A stretch of 64,000 nt of DNA from a virus: positions 51,615-115,614 of IMG/VR virus record IMGVR_UViG_3300027963_000048. One strand, written 5' to 3'. The notes below the pieces were generated by a model that had not been told where the DNA came from, made no database searches, and was given only the letters and a program-made list of their open reading frames with translations. Each line of letters starts with the position of its first letter. Position 1 is the first letter of the stretch. The position numbers and the translations under genes are program-made. This document shows, one piece after another, positions 21,433-31,207 of this stretch.

Positions 21433-21780
21433 ATGAAAGAGACAATATTCATAGCTAGAGCAGTCACCTGCGCTACAATCATCACGGTAAACTACATAGA
21501 CCACATCGATAAAACGATGAGCACCTACCTAGCCATCCAAGAACTAAACGCAGCCTGGATGGCAATGGAATGGCTACAAGCAACACTCAAAAGCGGCCAA
21601 AAAGACGTAGTTAGCGACACCATAATCCCCGGTATCGCAACGCTACTTACCTTTGTAAAAAACACAAGTATCCTACTCATCCTCCTCACCACAGGATGCA
21701 TAAAAACCCTTGAAATCCAAGGAAACGGCACCCCAACCCACATTAACGCTAACGCAAGCATTACCGCCCTCACATGGTAA
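21433..21780 (+). CDS. Hypothetical protein
   Basis: ORF with RBS, strongly A/C-biased codons. Confidence 0.45.
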   Translation: MKETIFIARAVTCATIITVNYIDHIDKTMSTYLAIQELNAAWMAMEWLQATLKSGQKDVVSDTIIPGIATLLTFVKNTSILLILLTTGCIKTLEIQGNGTPTHINANASITALTW

Positions 21781-21798
21781 TAAACAAAGGAGCACAAC

Positions 21799-23004
21799 AT
21801 GCAAGCACACGAAAAATTGATGAACGCCCGATGCCGCCTCATCACCAGAGAACCCTTCTACGGCTCATTCGCCATGGGACTCACATACCAACCATACGAC
21901 TTCCCCAACATGCAAGAGGAAGCTAAAACCATAGCAGTACGCATGATGTCCACCGGCAACATCGACATCGTATACTATCCCAATTTCATAGACAACCTAA
22001 CCATAGAAGAATGCTACGGAGTCATAATGCACGAAATCGAACACGTCATACGACTCCACTGCCTCAGAGGATCCACCCTACATCAAATGCAATACAATAT
22101 CGCCGCCGACATGACAGTAAACGGCGTAAAAAGAAACCCACGAGTCGGCTACCCAACAACCAGCCTAGGATCAGGAGAATATGGCGGACGAACCCTCCCA
22201 CACGAAGACAAACTCGTATGGATCCCCCTAGGATGGCCAGAAGACGCAAGCGCAGAAGAATACTACAAACGACTCACCAACCAAGCACAAGACTGCAAAA
22301 AACACGGCAAAAACAAAGACCAACACCCAAAATGCACATGCACCCAAGGCCAAACACTAGACAACCACGACATCTGGCAACAAAGCGACATAAGCGAAGA
22401 CGAAGCCAGACAAATAATCAAAGAAATGACAAACCAAGCTATCACCAGAAACCAAGGCAAATACCCAAGCCACCTCACAGAAGCAATAAAAGAACTATCC
22501 ACACCAAAAATACGATGGCGCGAACTCCTACGCCGCTACATAGGCCAACACCTAGGCAACAAACGATACACCCACAGCCGCCGCAACAGACGAACCGACC
22601 AATTCGGCATCAAAGGCACAAGCCACCACGCAGCCGCCACAGTCAACATCATCATCGACACAAGCGGAAGCATAAACCAAAAAGACCTAGCCACATTCTT
22701 CGCCGAAATCGACACAATATCAAGCAAAACCAAAACACACATCCTACAATGGGACATGCAATACCAGGGCTACACCCAATACCGAAGAGGAGACTGGAAA
22801 AAAATAAACATCAACGGCAGAGGAGGAACCGACATGGCAACACCATACGAATGGCTCGAAAACAACAACCTCATCGCAGACCTACAAATACTCCTAACAG
22901 ACGGACACACCAACTGGGCCCCACCCAAACCATACCCATCAATAGTCATCATCACCACAAACCAAAAAGGACCAACATGGGGACACAACATCCACATCAA
23001 CTAA
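21799..23004 (+). CDS. DUF2201-type metallopeptidase plus VWA-like domain protein
   Basis: HEIEH zinc motif, NIAAD..VN, W.ELL, IDTSGS MIDAS, GRGGTD, LTDG. Confidence 0.9.
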   Translation: MQAHEKLMNARCRLITREPFYGSFAMGLTYQPYDFPNMQEEAKTIAVRMMSTGNIDIVYYPNFIDNLTIEECYGVIMHEIEHVIRLHCLRGSTLHQMQYNIAADMTVNGVKRNPRVGYPTTSLGSGEYGGRTLPHEDKLVWIPLGWPEDASAEEYYKRLTNQAQDCKKHGKNKDQHPKCTCTQGQTLDNHDIWQQSDISEDEARQIIKEMTNQAITRNQGKYPSHLTEAIKELSTPKIRWRELLRRYIGQHLGNKRYTHSRRNRRTDQFGIKGTSHHAAATVNIIIDTSGSINQKDLATFFAEIDTISSKTKTHILQWDMQYQGYTQYRRGDWKKININGRGGTDMATPYEWLENNNLIADLQILLTDGHTNWAPPKPYPSIVIITTNQKGPTWGHNIHIN

Positions 23005-23006
23005 CA

Positions 23007-23243
23007 ATGCACACACCAACAATAAACTACATCACCCAAATCCTCCAACAATACAGAGGAACCAAACCATACGTCTACTACTTCACACAACACACCACAA
23101 AATCCCACTTCACCCTAACCATTAAAACACCAACCCACACACAAAAGATCAACGGCAACCAACTGCCAATAGAAAACCACCAACAAACAGAACAAATGAT
23201 ACAACAACTCATAGACCACCCGATAAATAACCACACAACCTAG
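23007..23243 (+). CDS. Small hypothetical protein
   Basis: ATG 3 nt after the VWA stop. True start lies inside the long shadow ORF 22011..23243. Confidence 0.45.
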   Translation: MHTPTINYITQILQQYRGTKPYVYYFTQHTTKSHFTLTIKTPTHTQKINGNQLPIENHQQTEQMIQQLIDHPINNHTT

Positions 23244-23476
23244 GAGCATAAGAATGACTAAACCCAATAGTGATGAAATCGCTAAAATTCTGATTTCAAT
23301 GACCATTACAGCACCGATTGCATTGATTATAATCATCAATCTCTGGAAACTGGCATATCTTAGCCTTATGTGGTAAGCAGATGACTGAGATTAAGCTAGA
23401 CAAACACGAATGGTGGCTATGATATGCTGCAAAAAATGCGGAATGATCAAAGGTACCATGCAAAGGCAATGTTAAA

Positions 23477-23824
23477 ATGACCACTAAAGAGATATACGAT
23501 ACCTATCTAGCACCAATACTACACGAAATCCTACATCCAGAATATACCCATGAATATCACATCGATGATTTAGATCAATTCGAATATGTATCACTAACGC
23601 TTAAATCCAATTCAAACATCCCCATAGGCTTCATAGAACTATCAAAAATAGACATCACGACAGATCACACGGTTTTACCCAGTCTAATTAAAAATCTAGC
23701 TATCTTCAACCATCGGCCTGCTGTTTTCAGCTCAATCGACATCAGAACAGCACTCACCCACAAATTCCACACTTATCAACGAAGCTCATACCTGTCACAA
23801 CAAAAACACAAAGGTACCAAATAA
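23477..23824 (+). CDS. Hypothetical protein
   Basis: 115-aa ORF with protein-like composition. Confidence 0.5.
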   Translation: MTTKEIYDTYLAPILHEILHPEYTHEYHIDDLDQFEYVSLTLKSNSNIPIGFIELSKIDITTDHTVLPSLIKNLAIFNHRPAVFSSIDIRTALTHKFHTYQRSSYLSQQKHKGTK

Positions 23825-24221
23825 CAAAAAAATGGACAAAACCAACCACCACAAAGGATCCCCAACAATCAACGGAAAGAACGACCACAACCAACCAGAT
23901 ACAATAAACAAAAGGAAAACCAAATAAACACAATAAAAACATAGCACTACCAACTCACCTCATCATAAATAATCAAACAACTAACCCACCCGACCACCAA
24001 AAAGGAAGACATATGACCACAACAAAGAAAAAAACAGACTGCGCAGAATACCAAATCAAACAAGGCATAAGCTGCAAAAACTGCCCCACATGCCACCAAG
24101 AAGCATACCAACTTATAGAAAAGCTACAAGCAACGACACAATAACAGACCACGAAAAAGAAATCGAAAGACTACAATACGACCTCTAATACAATAAGCTA
24201 AACTAAGCAAAGGAACTAAAA

Positions 24222-24500
24222 ATGAACATAAAAAACCAAGACACCAAAAAAGACCAAAAAACCCCAATCATAAAAACATACTACCTAGACAACCGGCAAG
24301 ACATACTCGAAATCGCATTTGACGAAAAAACCGTAGCAATCGCAAATCCCGAAGGAATATGGGTAACAGATTCAGCCCAAAACATCAGAAAAATCTCAGC
24401 ACTCCTCACCAAATACGCAGATATGATAGAAACAAAACCCAAAGACCCGGAAGCCAACATACTACCACCAAGAGACTGCACCAGCTACATAGGATGGTAA
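24222..24500 (+). CDS. Hypothetical protein, probable paralog of 27098..27337
   Basis: AAGGA RBS. SAQ..RKI...L...A..IE shared with 27098..27337. Confidence 0.6.
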   Translation: MNIKNQDTKKDQKTPIIKTYYLDNRQDILEIAFDEKTVAIANPEGIWVTDSAQNIRKISALLTKYADMIETKPKDPEANILPPRDCTSYIGW

Positions 24501-24778
24501 TGCGAGAAAAAAAGGAAAAATTAAAAAAGTTAGCGGGAACGGGAGAAGGAACTCAGTGGCCATCTCATCGCCTCGGTGAAATCAGAAGAAAATGAAGTGA
24601 GGAAAAAGAATAACACAAAAATGTTCGTTTATAGCCCGTTAATTCTCAGAACATTCGACTCTTATAAGTGCAGCCCGATAATATTCTATAAACCCCGTCG
24701 TATAGAATAATAATCCATCCCTTTGGAGGCTGCGAAAATACATGACAGGTATCTTATTTTTAATCGTCGATAGTTCCG

Positions 24779-25099
24779 ATGAGTAGTTTAATTTTCGTCG
24801 GGGAGTACCTCAGGTCACTCCTGGAGAGTCGGGTGGCTCATCTTACTTTTCACATCCATGGCGTCTATAGCCCCCTACCTAGGATGGTATGTGTCTCTTT
24901 AATTGATCCGCTGTGTCGGGTCGATTATTCAGATGATGCGTCACATGTGTTGATTGTTTTGTTTTTTGATTGGGTGAAGTTCCATTCGAGTTCAATTTCG
25001 TGTGCGCTATGTGAGATTGATTTTTCTAGTGATGACAGTGTGGTTGATTCTGTTTTACGTTTTGGTGTGTTTCATTCGGTGCCGAGGGGAGTAGGCTAA
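24779..25099 (+). CDS. Hypothetical protein
   Basis: 106-aa ORF with G/T-biased codons. Confidence 0.45.
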   Translation: MSSLIFVGEYLRSLLESRVAHLTFHIHGVYSPLPRMVCVSLIDPLCRVDYSDDASHVLIVLFFDWVKFHSSSISCALCEIDFSSDDSVVDSVLRFGVFHSVPRGVG

Positions 25100-25232
25100 T
25101 CTGGGGGCGGTGTCGGTAGATGTATCTATTGCCTATTTGGTCGCGGGTCCAGTCGCCGTTTGGGTCTTCTATCCAGAAGGGGCTGTTGATGTCGGTGTTT
25201 GGGTTGATTGTATATCGCATTTTATTGGGCCA

Positions 25233-25272
25233 CTGGGGAACTTCTGCTTGACACCATTCGCCTTCGGCAGTT
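25233..25272. repeat. 40-bp direct repeat, copy 1 (copy 2 at 27625..27664)
   Basis: CTGGGGAACTTCTGCTTGACACCATTCGCCTTCGGCAGTT occurs identically twice. Confidence 0.9.
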
Positions 25273-25360
25273 GTTTATGGGATGACAGGAAATGGTGAAA
25301 ACATCCCTCCCTACCCCAGTGGTTATTTTATTTATGTGGTTATGCGGGGCCGGGTTTGCC

Positions 25361-25687
25361 GTGGTGTTTTTCCAGCCAGCATTTGGTTTGCTCTTGTCTC
25401 TGTGTTTCCTTTGTGGAACGGAGGTCGTAACTGATGTGAAGTTGGTTTGGTTTGGTTTGGTTTGGTTTGGTTTGGTTTGGTTTGGTTAGGTTGGATGGTA
25501 TATTTACCGATTGCGGATTTATGCTGTGGTGTTTTTCCAGCCAGCATTTGGTTTGCTCTTGTCTCTGTGTTTCCTTTGTGGAACGGAGGTCGTAACTGAT
25601 GTGAAGTTGGTTTGGTTTGGTTTGGTTTGGTTTGGTTTGGTTTGGTTAGGTTGGATGGTATATTTACCGATTGCGGATTTATGCTGT
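25361..25687. repeat. Tandem duplication (165/160-bp units) containing a (TTTGG)8/7 microsatellite
   Basis: Direct comparison of 25361..25525 with 25526..25687. Confidence 0.92.
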
Positions 25688-26052
25688 CACATAGTAAAGT
25701 TACTGCTTAATTTTTAAGGAGTTTGGTTATGGCAGTTGATCCTAGATATATCGCAAAGTTGATTAGTGAAGATCCGAATGGTCCTTCTGATTTGGCTGAG
25801 ATGAGAGTGCTGGCGAGTGGTACATGTGTTAGTATAAGTGATTTTAATTAATTTGTTTGGTCAAATCTATCATTCTATAATAGATTTGACTGGAATAGTG
25901 TTCTATTTATCTATGGCTTGTCGGGTTGTTTGTTCTGTGGATATGTCGATTTTGATCAGTTCGTGGGTGATTGGGTTGGTGTCGAACGGTTCAGGGTCTG
26001 CTTGTGGACTTTATACACTTCAGCTAAATCTTCAATTGCATTTACCATGTCC

Positions 26053-26678
26053 TCATGTACTGAAAATTATATAGATCATCTCCTTAACGAATTTTTTATG
26101 TTTGGCAATGGCTTCTTCCAATTGCTTTATTCGTAGCCTAGATGCCTTTAATTCGATTTCGTCTTTTGGCACATTACACCACTGACATATTTTGTGCGCA
26201 TTAAACAAATGCTTATGAGCACGTATGCATGGAACAATATTAAGATCCATTTTTTTACTCATGCTCATTCCTTTTCCTCCACATAGATTTTACCACCAGC
26301 ACTACGGATCAACCTCTTGAATTCCGTGATGGTTACACCAGCGTGAATGACTACTTTGGGATCACTAGAATACTTTGCCGTTGCCAACCATGGTACATAC
26401 TTAGCGTTGATATCTTCAACACAGTATGATGAATTACCGTAATGATATTCCTCTGGGGTTACCAAGTCAGTTTTAAATATGACTTGACTTATCTCCCATT
26501 TAGGTGTTCCATCTTCATTCCAATCTTCCGGAATAGAACGAAAAGGGCTGTAGGGTCTCCCAGCATTATGCTCATACGGAGCATCATTCCAGTCGTCACC
26601 TGTCTGCTTACTCAATTCTTGCGTAGTAAAATACGCTGTGTTGTCTTTAATAAAACACAATACTGGTTCATTCATCAT
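26053..26678 (-). CDS. Two hypothetical phage proteins (26053..26268, 26265..26678)
   Basis: Overlapping stop/start. 26265..26678 carries GDDWNDAPYEHNAG, a motif I recall from other phage proteins. Confidence 0.7.
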
Positions 26679-26950
26679 TCACCTCGTATTTCCGGCTTTA
26701 GCGTATATGAGTATTGCTTCGTCGTGCTTTGCGGACCGCCAGTTTCAATGACCAATCCAGCGGCCACCATCTCGTCGCAGGCATCGGCGACGTCTTGTGA
26801 ATACGGTCCGAAGCGATGGAGCATGTAGTGGCACCCTAAATCACAACCTGCTTGCTGAAGGAAGAAAACGACTTTTTGCAGGCGCTTGCGCCCAGAAAAT
26901 CCTTGTTCCCCGGTCCAAGAAAGTAGTGTGGCCAATTGGTGTCTGTTCAT
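26675..26950 (-). CDS. YwgA/SocA(Panacea)-like winged-helix protein, short
   Basis: GRKRLQKVVFFLQ...Y.LHRFGPYS.DV motif. Confidence 0.7.
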   Translation of the reverse strand: MNRHQLATLLSWTGEQGFSGRKRLQKVVFFLQQAGCDLGCHYMLHRFGPYSQDVADACDEMVAAGLVIETGGPQSTTKQYSYTLKPEIRGE

Positions 26951-27097
26951 GCCATCACCCCAGTTCTGATGAGGGCTATGAGTATTGCGCTGTAGCAGAA
27001 GATGAGCATTGTTGGGGTCCTTTCAGTTTTGGTCGTCGTTCTTCTAGTTCGTCCATGGTTTGGTAAGTGTTTCCTAGGTGGAACGCAGGGTTATTGC

Positions 27098-27601
27098 TTA
27101 CGGGGTTTGGGGGTACGCTGCTGGCGGTAAAACCTTAAAGGAAGACTCGCCGCAATCCATTGGAGGCTCAATCTCATTCGCTAACTCGACCAATGCTCTA
27201 CCAATCTTCCTAGCTTCTTGTGCAGAAAAATACATGGTAAATCGGCGTTCACAGGGTTCGATTATGATGATTTCGGCATATGCTTCAACACGATCTGTGC
27301 AGAGTGTAGTATCCCATTTATCCTTGAAAGTCTGCATTTCTTTGGACTCCAGTCTAGTTTCCCTGTTTGGCTATTATCTCGAAGTTGTTCTGGTCCATGT
27401 GGGTCGTTTCATGTTGTATAAGGGTGATCCTTTTACGAATCTTCGGTGCCATTCTAGGCTGTTTTCTATGGCTTCTTTGATTTTTAGGATGGTTTTTGGG
27501 TTTGTTGGTAGGGTGTTGTTGGTTTCATAAGTGTCCTTTAGGATATCTAGGAGTTGTGTGGTTTGGGTTTCGTTTAGTTTGATGGTGATTTTGTTGGCCA
27601 T
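27098..27601 (-). CDS. Two small hypothetical proteins (27098..27337, 27374..27601)
   Basis: Co-oriented ORFs downstream of the ligase-like gene. Confidence 0.5.
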
Positions 27602-27624
27602 TGTGGTTCTTTTAGTATCGGTGT

Positions 27625-27664
27625 CTGGGGAACTTCTGCTTGACACCATTCGCCTTCGGCAGTT
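27625..27664. repeat. 40-bp direct repeat, copy 2
   Basis: Identical to 25233..25272. Confidence 0.9.
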
Positions 27665-27675
27665 AAGTTTGATTT

Positions 27676-28413
27676 TCAATATCGATGCCTGCCGGTTTGC
27701 ACTCGGGTTTTGGCCATCCAGGTGGTGTTGTTGTTAACTTGGTGGCCGTAGGTGAGTTTGCCTTGCATTTGTTTAAATACTAGACCTTCTATGAGTGGTT
27801 GTTGATATGGTTTGTTTAGGGTGAGGATTTGATCCCAGGTTTGTTGCCATTTTTTTGGTGGGATGAGATCTGGTATGATGATGTTGTCTGTAGCTTTGGT
27901 GCCTAGGTTGAACACGCCAGCGGAGTTTTTGAATTCGTATGTTTCCTCTGTGGAACATGTGTTGCGTAGGAGGTCGTATCTTTCTTGATATGTGGTGTCT
28001 ATGAGGTGGTTTCCATTTAACACTAGGATATCCCAGATGGCGAAGTGATCTTTGATAGCTTTGTGTTTGCAATCTATGACACCTCCGTCAATTAGCGTCC
28101 ATGAGTCGGGATCTATAGCTAGGCGTTCGCGAAGTTCGTGAAATTGTGGCTCTAGCCATTCTGGTAGGTTGTAGTCTTTTAGACGTTCGCCATGTCTGCT
28201 CCAAAGTTGCAGTTGGTTATTTGGTAGTAGTTTGTATAGGGTTCTGGTGTCGTTGTATTTTAATTGAGCCTGATAACCTAGAGTGGCATATAGGTTCATA
28301 TCTTCTGGTGGGATGGCTTCCTTAGCGCGTGGCGGGAAGATGTATTTGCTCTGTTGTGCGATCATAGGTCGCCCTCCCTTTTTAATATATTCCAATTGAG
28401 TATTCATTGCCAT
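27676..28413 (-). CDS. ATP-dependent ligase-like nucleotidyltransferase (adenylation domain only)
   Basis: QLKYND (motif I), WSRHG, IDGG (III), IWDIL (IIIa), EGLVFK (IV), W.AK.R (V). No OB domain. Confidence 0.75.
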   Translation of the reverse strand: MAMNTQLEYIKKGGRPMIAQQSKYIFPPRAKEAIPPEDMNLYATLGYQAQLKYNDTRTLYKLLPNNQLQLWSRHGERLKDYNLPEWLEPQFHELRERLAIDPDSWTLIDGGVIDCKHKAIKDHFAIWDILVLNGNHLIDTTYQERYDLLRNTCSTEETYEFKNSAGVFNLGTKATDNIIIPDLIPPKKWQQTWDQILTLNKPYQQPLIEGLVFKQMQGKLTYGHQVNNNTTWMAKTRVQTGRHRY

Positions 28414-28456
28414 GGATTCTCCTTCAAATGATAAAATATACGATGGGGAAGTGATC

Positions 28457-28950
28457 ATGTCACCCTTGAATACTATTGTCAGTTATAATCCTAGAATAAC
28501 ATGTGGCAAATACCTGGTTGAGGGAGAATTGGATGACTGGTACAGTGATGATGAGATAGCTGGTCAATTGGCTGGCAACCTGTGTGTTGGTGATGTGGTG
28601 AATGTTCAAGGTGGAGCTGTTAAAATTATTCAAATTATTGACCATAAGAGTGGTGTCCGTCGACAATTTATCGAATGATGTATTAAATTAAGAACAAAAT
28701 TATCTGACGGTTCATGGAGGGATCTATGAGGAAGAATCGCGCTTCTGTCGAATTCGCTTTGCACTATGCAATCTATCGTTTGAATTATCATCATGAATCC
28801 GGAATGGCAGAAAAGGTGGATAACTTGTTGCGTGAGCTGGCATCCATTGACGCTGATGAGGCCGGCGAGTTCGTGACACGTGATAGATTGGAAACTACAA
28901 GACAAACTGCTTTGACTATTGTAGAATATGCCAATGGATCGCTTGTGTAG
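28457..28950 (+). CDS. Two small hypothetical proteins (about 28457..28678 and 28714..28950)
   Basis: ORFs divergent from the ligase gene. Confidence 0.45.
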
Positions 28951-28988
28951 TTAATCTCGTATGTTTCCTCGGTGGAACCATGCGAGAT

Positions 28989-29829
28989 TTAGTCTAAGTT
29001 GTCAAACCAGGACATATCTGGCTCTTCGGATTCTAAATTAAAGTCTGTACCTATAGCTTTTTTCAATGCCATGAGGTCATCTGTGGCTATTTTCTCGTGA
29101 TGATCAACGATAGCTTTCACCTTGCCTTTGCGGTTTAATTCTCTTAGACTGTAAGCATTGATTACAGCATCAAGGGTGTGCGGTGGTGGTGAGTTGTCGC
29201 CATGTAGGATGGTGTAGACTCCGTCAGCTGTAAGGCCTACGCGGCCTCGCGGTAGAGCGGTATGTGACATTCCTAGATTTCGTAAGTTGGTTTTTGGTAT
29301 TTTCAAATTATATGCTAGGGTTTCTAGTGCTTCAGGCCATATACTGAGGTGCGTAATGTCATCATTGCTATCTTTCTCAAACCATGGGTAAATGTCCCAA
29401 TCTATTTGGATACCGTTTTTGGTTTTTTTAACCTCTTTAGGTATCCAATAATATGGTCCTTGTTTTGGTGCGCGACTTTCTTCGATAGCCTTTTTTTGGG
29501 CTAGTAATGAACTTTTAAGCATGTCATCAATTTTCATTGTTATCTCCTTTACATGTATTTTCGATGGTAAATGATCGCTAGTCGATGATTGTAAGTTCCT
29601 CTGGTTTGTAGCCGATTATGAGTACTTCTCCGCATCTGCCTTTCCAGGATATGATAGCGTAGCCGTCTTTTAGCGCGGTGATTGCGTCTGTTACTGTTTC
29701 GGTGACGTCGTCTCCGTTGTATTTTGGTTTTCCATTGGTTTGTCCTACGATTAATGGGCGTATGTCGAACTTGATGAGTGGTTCATCGTTTAAGGTTTTC
29801 CATAATGCTTTTTTGGTGATCTGGGTCAT
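28989..29829 (-). CDS. Two hypothetical proteins (28989..29537, 29578..29829)
   Basis: ORFs with AAGGAG/GGAG RBS. Confidence 0.6.
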
Positions 29830-29981
29830 TGTGATGCTCCGTTTGTGATGTTGTGACTGGCTAATTGTAGCAGGTTTGATATTGTTTAATAATTATGTGT
29901 GTTGTATTGGAGGGTTATTTTTCCTATGTTCGTGGTCTGTCACATCATGCCGGGAAATTCACCAGTACTTGGAGTGATGAA

Positions 29982-31130
29982 ATGAACTTTGCAGCTGGCA
30001 CTGGCTTTGAGTTGCGACCTTATCAGCAGAGGATTATAAAGAAAGTGACAGACATGTTCAAGGGTGAATATGTCAAGAATGACCAGAAGCAGGTTTATAA
30101 TAGCGTTGTGATTGAGAGTCCTACTGGGTCTGGTAAGACTTGTATGATGCTTCTTACCGCTAGAGAAATGCAGAAGAGTATTCCCGGCTTGTATGTTTGT
30201 TGGTTTGCTATGCGTCGCAATTTGTTGCGGCAGGCAGCTGAGGAGAATACGCGTCGTGGTGTTGGAGTTGACATTCAGTTCTTTTCTATGTTTGGGAAAG
30301 AATTCGAAGATGTTTTGAGAGCTAAGGCTGAGGGTCGTAAGATCCTTGTGGTGTTGGATGAATATCAGCATGATAGTTGTAATACTATGGCTAATATTCA
30401 CAATGTGATACAGCCTGATTTTGTACTTGGTGGTACTGCTACACCTTACCGTACTGATAGCGCTAGTTTGAGCTATCAGGCGATTGTGAAGGATGCTGGG
30501 ATTCATACGTTGATTACTGAGGGTTTTTTGAGTCAGTATGATCATTATTGTATAGAGGATTGGAAGCCTGAGACGGTAGCTCGTCATTACTTGGCTGATC
30601 GTAGTAAGTGGGGCAAGAGTTTATTTTATTTCGTTAACACGAATTTGTGCCAGGAATTCCATGCGATTTTGCAGGCTAACGGTGTTGAGTCTGAGGTTGT
30701 CACTGCTAATAGTGATGATGAGGCGCAGATAGCTCGGTTTGAGTCTGGTGAGATTGATGTTTTGATTAATTGTATGAAGCTTACGGAGGGTTTTGATTGC
30801 CCTGCTCTTAGAACTGTATGGGTGCGTGATAGTGTGAAGGGTCCAACTGTGCAGATGGGTGGTCGGGTGCTTCGGAAGTTTGGTAATTTGCCTGTTAAGC
30901 AGATTGTGCAGAGTGTTGCCACACGTGTGCCATTCACTAGGGTTGCTAAGCCTCGCTATCAGACTTTGTTTAAGGATGGTAAGTGGTCGAGTTTGACTAT
31001 TAATCCTAAGATGGAGCAGATATCGATTATGAGTCGTGTTGCTTGCGCTAGCGCTATTACTGAGATGCCTCAGTTTATTACCAAGAATAAGCGTAAGAAG
31101 TCTCGGATCTTTGGAGCTCCTTTGGATTAA
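29982..31130 (+). CDS. SF2 (DEAD/DEAH-like) helicase
   Basis: LRPYQ, SPTGSGKT, LDEYQH, TATPYR, LTEGFDCP, QMGGRVLR. GGAG RBS before ATG 29982. Confidence 0.9.
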   Translation: MNFAAGTGFELRPYQQRIIKKVTDMFKGEYVKNDQKQVYNSVVIESPTGSGKTCMMLLTAREMQKSIPGLYVCWFAMRRNLLRQAAEENTRRGVGVDIQFFSMFGKEFEDVLRAKAEGRKILVVLDEYQHDSCNTMANIHNVIQPDFVLGGTATPYRTDSASLSYQAIVKDAGIHTLITEGFLSQYDHYCIEDWKPETVARHYLADRSKWGKSLFYFVNTNLCQEFHAILQANGVESEVVTANSDDEAQIARFESGEIDVLINCMKLTEGFDCPALRTVWVRDSVKGPTVQMGGRVLRKFGNLPVKQIVQSVATRVPFTRVAKPRYQTLFKDGKWSSLTINPKMEQISIMSRVACASAITEMPQFITKNKRKKSRIFGAPLD

Positions 31131-31207
31131 GTATTATCCTATAATATCTTTTGTGTTTCGATATTGTCATATAGTATTGTGGTTTTGGTGATTTTTAACA
31201 AGAGGAG

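Noticed and set aside
22011-23006. 410-aa Arg/His/Gln/Thr-rich ORF overlapping the VWA gene
   Set aside because: Shadow frame. T depletion removes stop codons in this A/C-rich tract.
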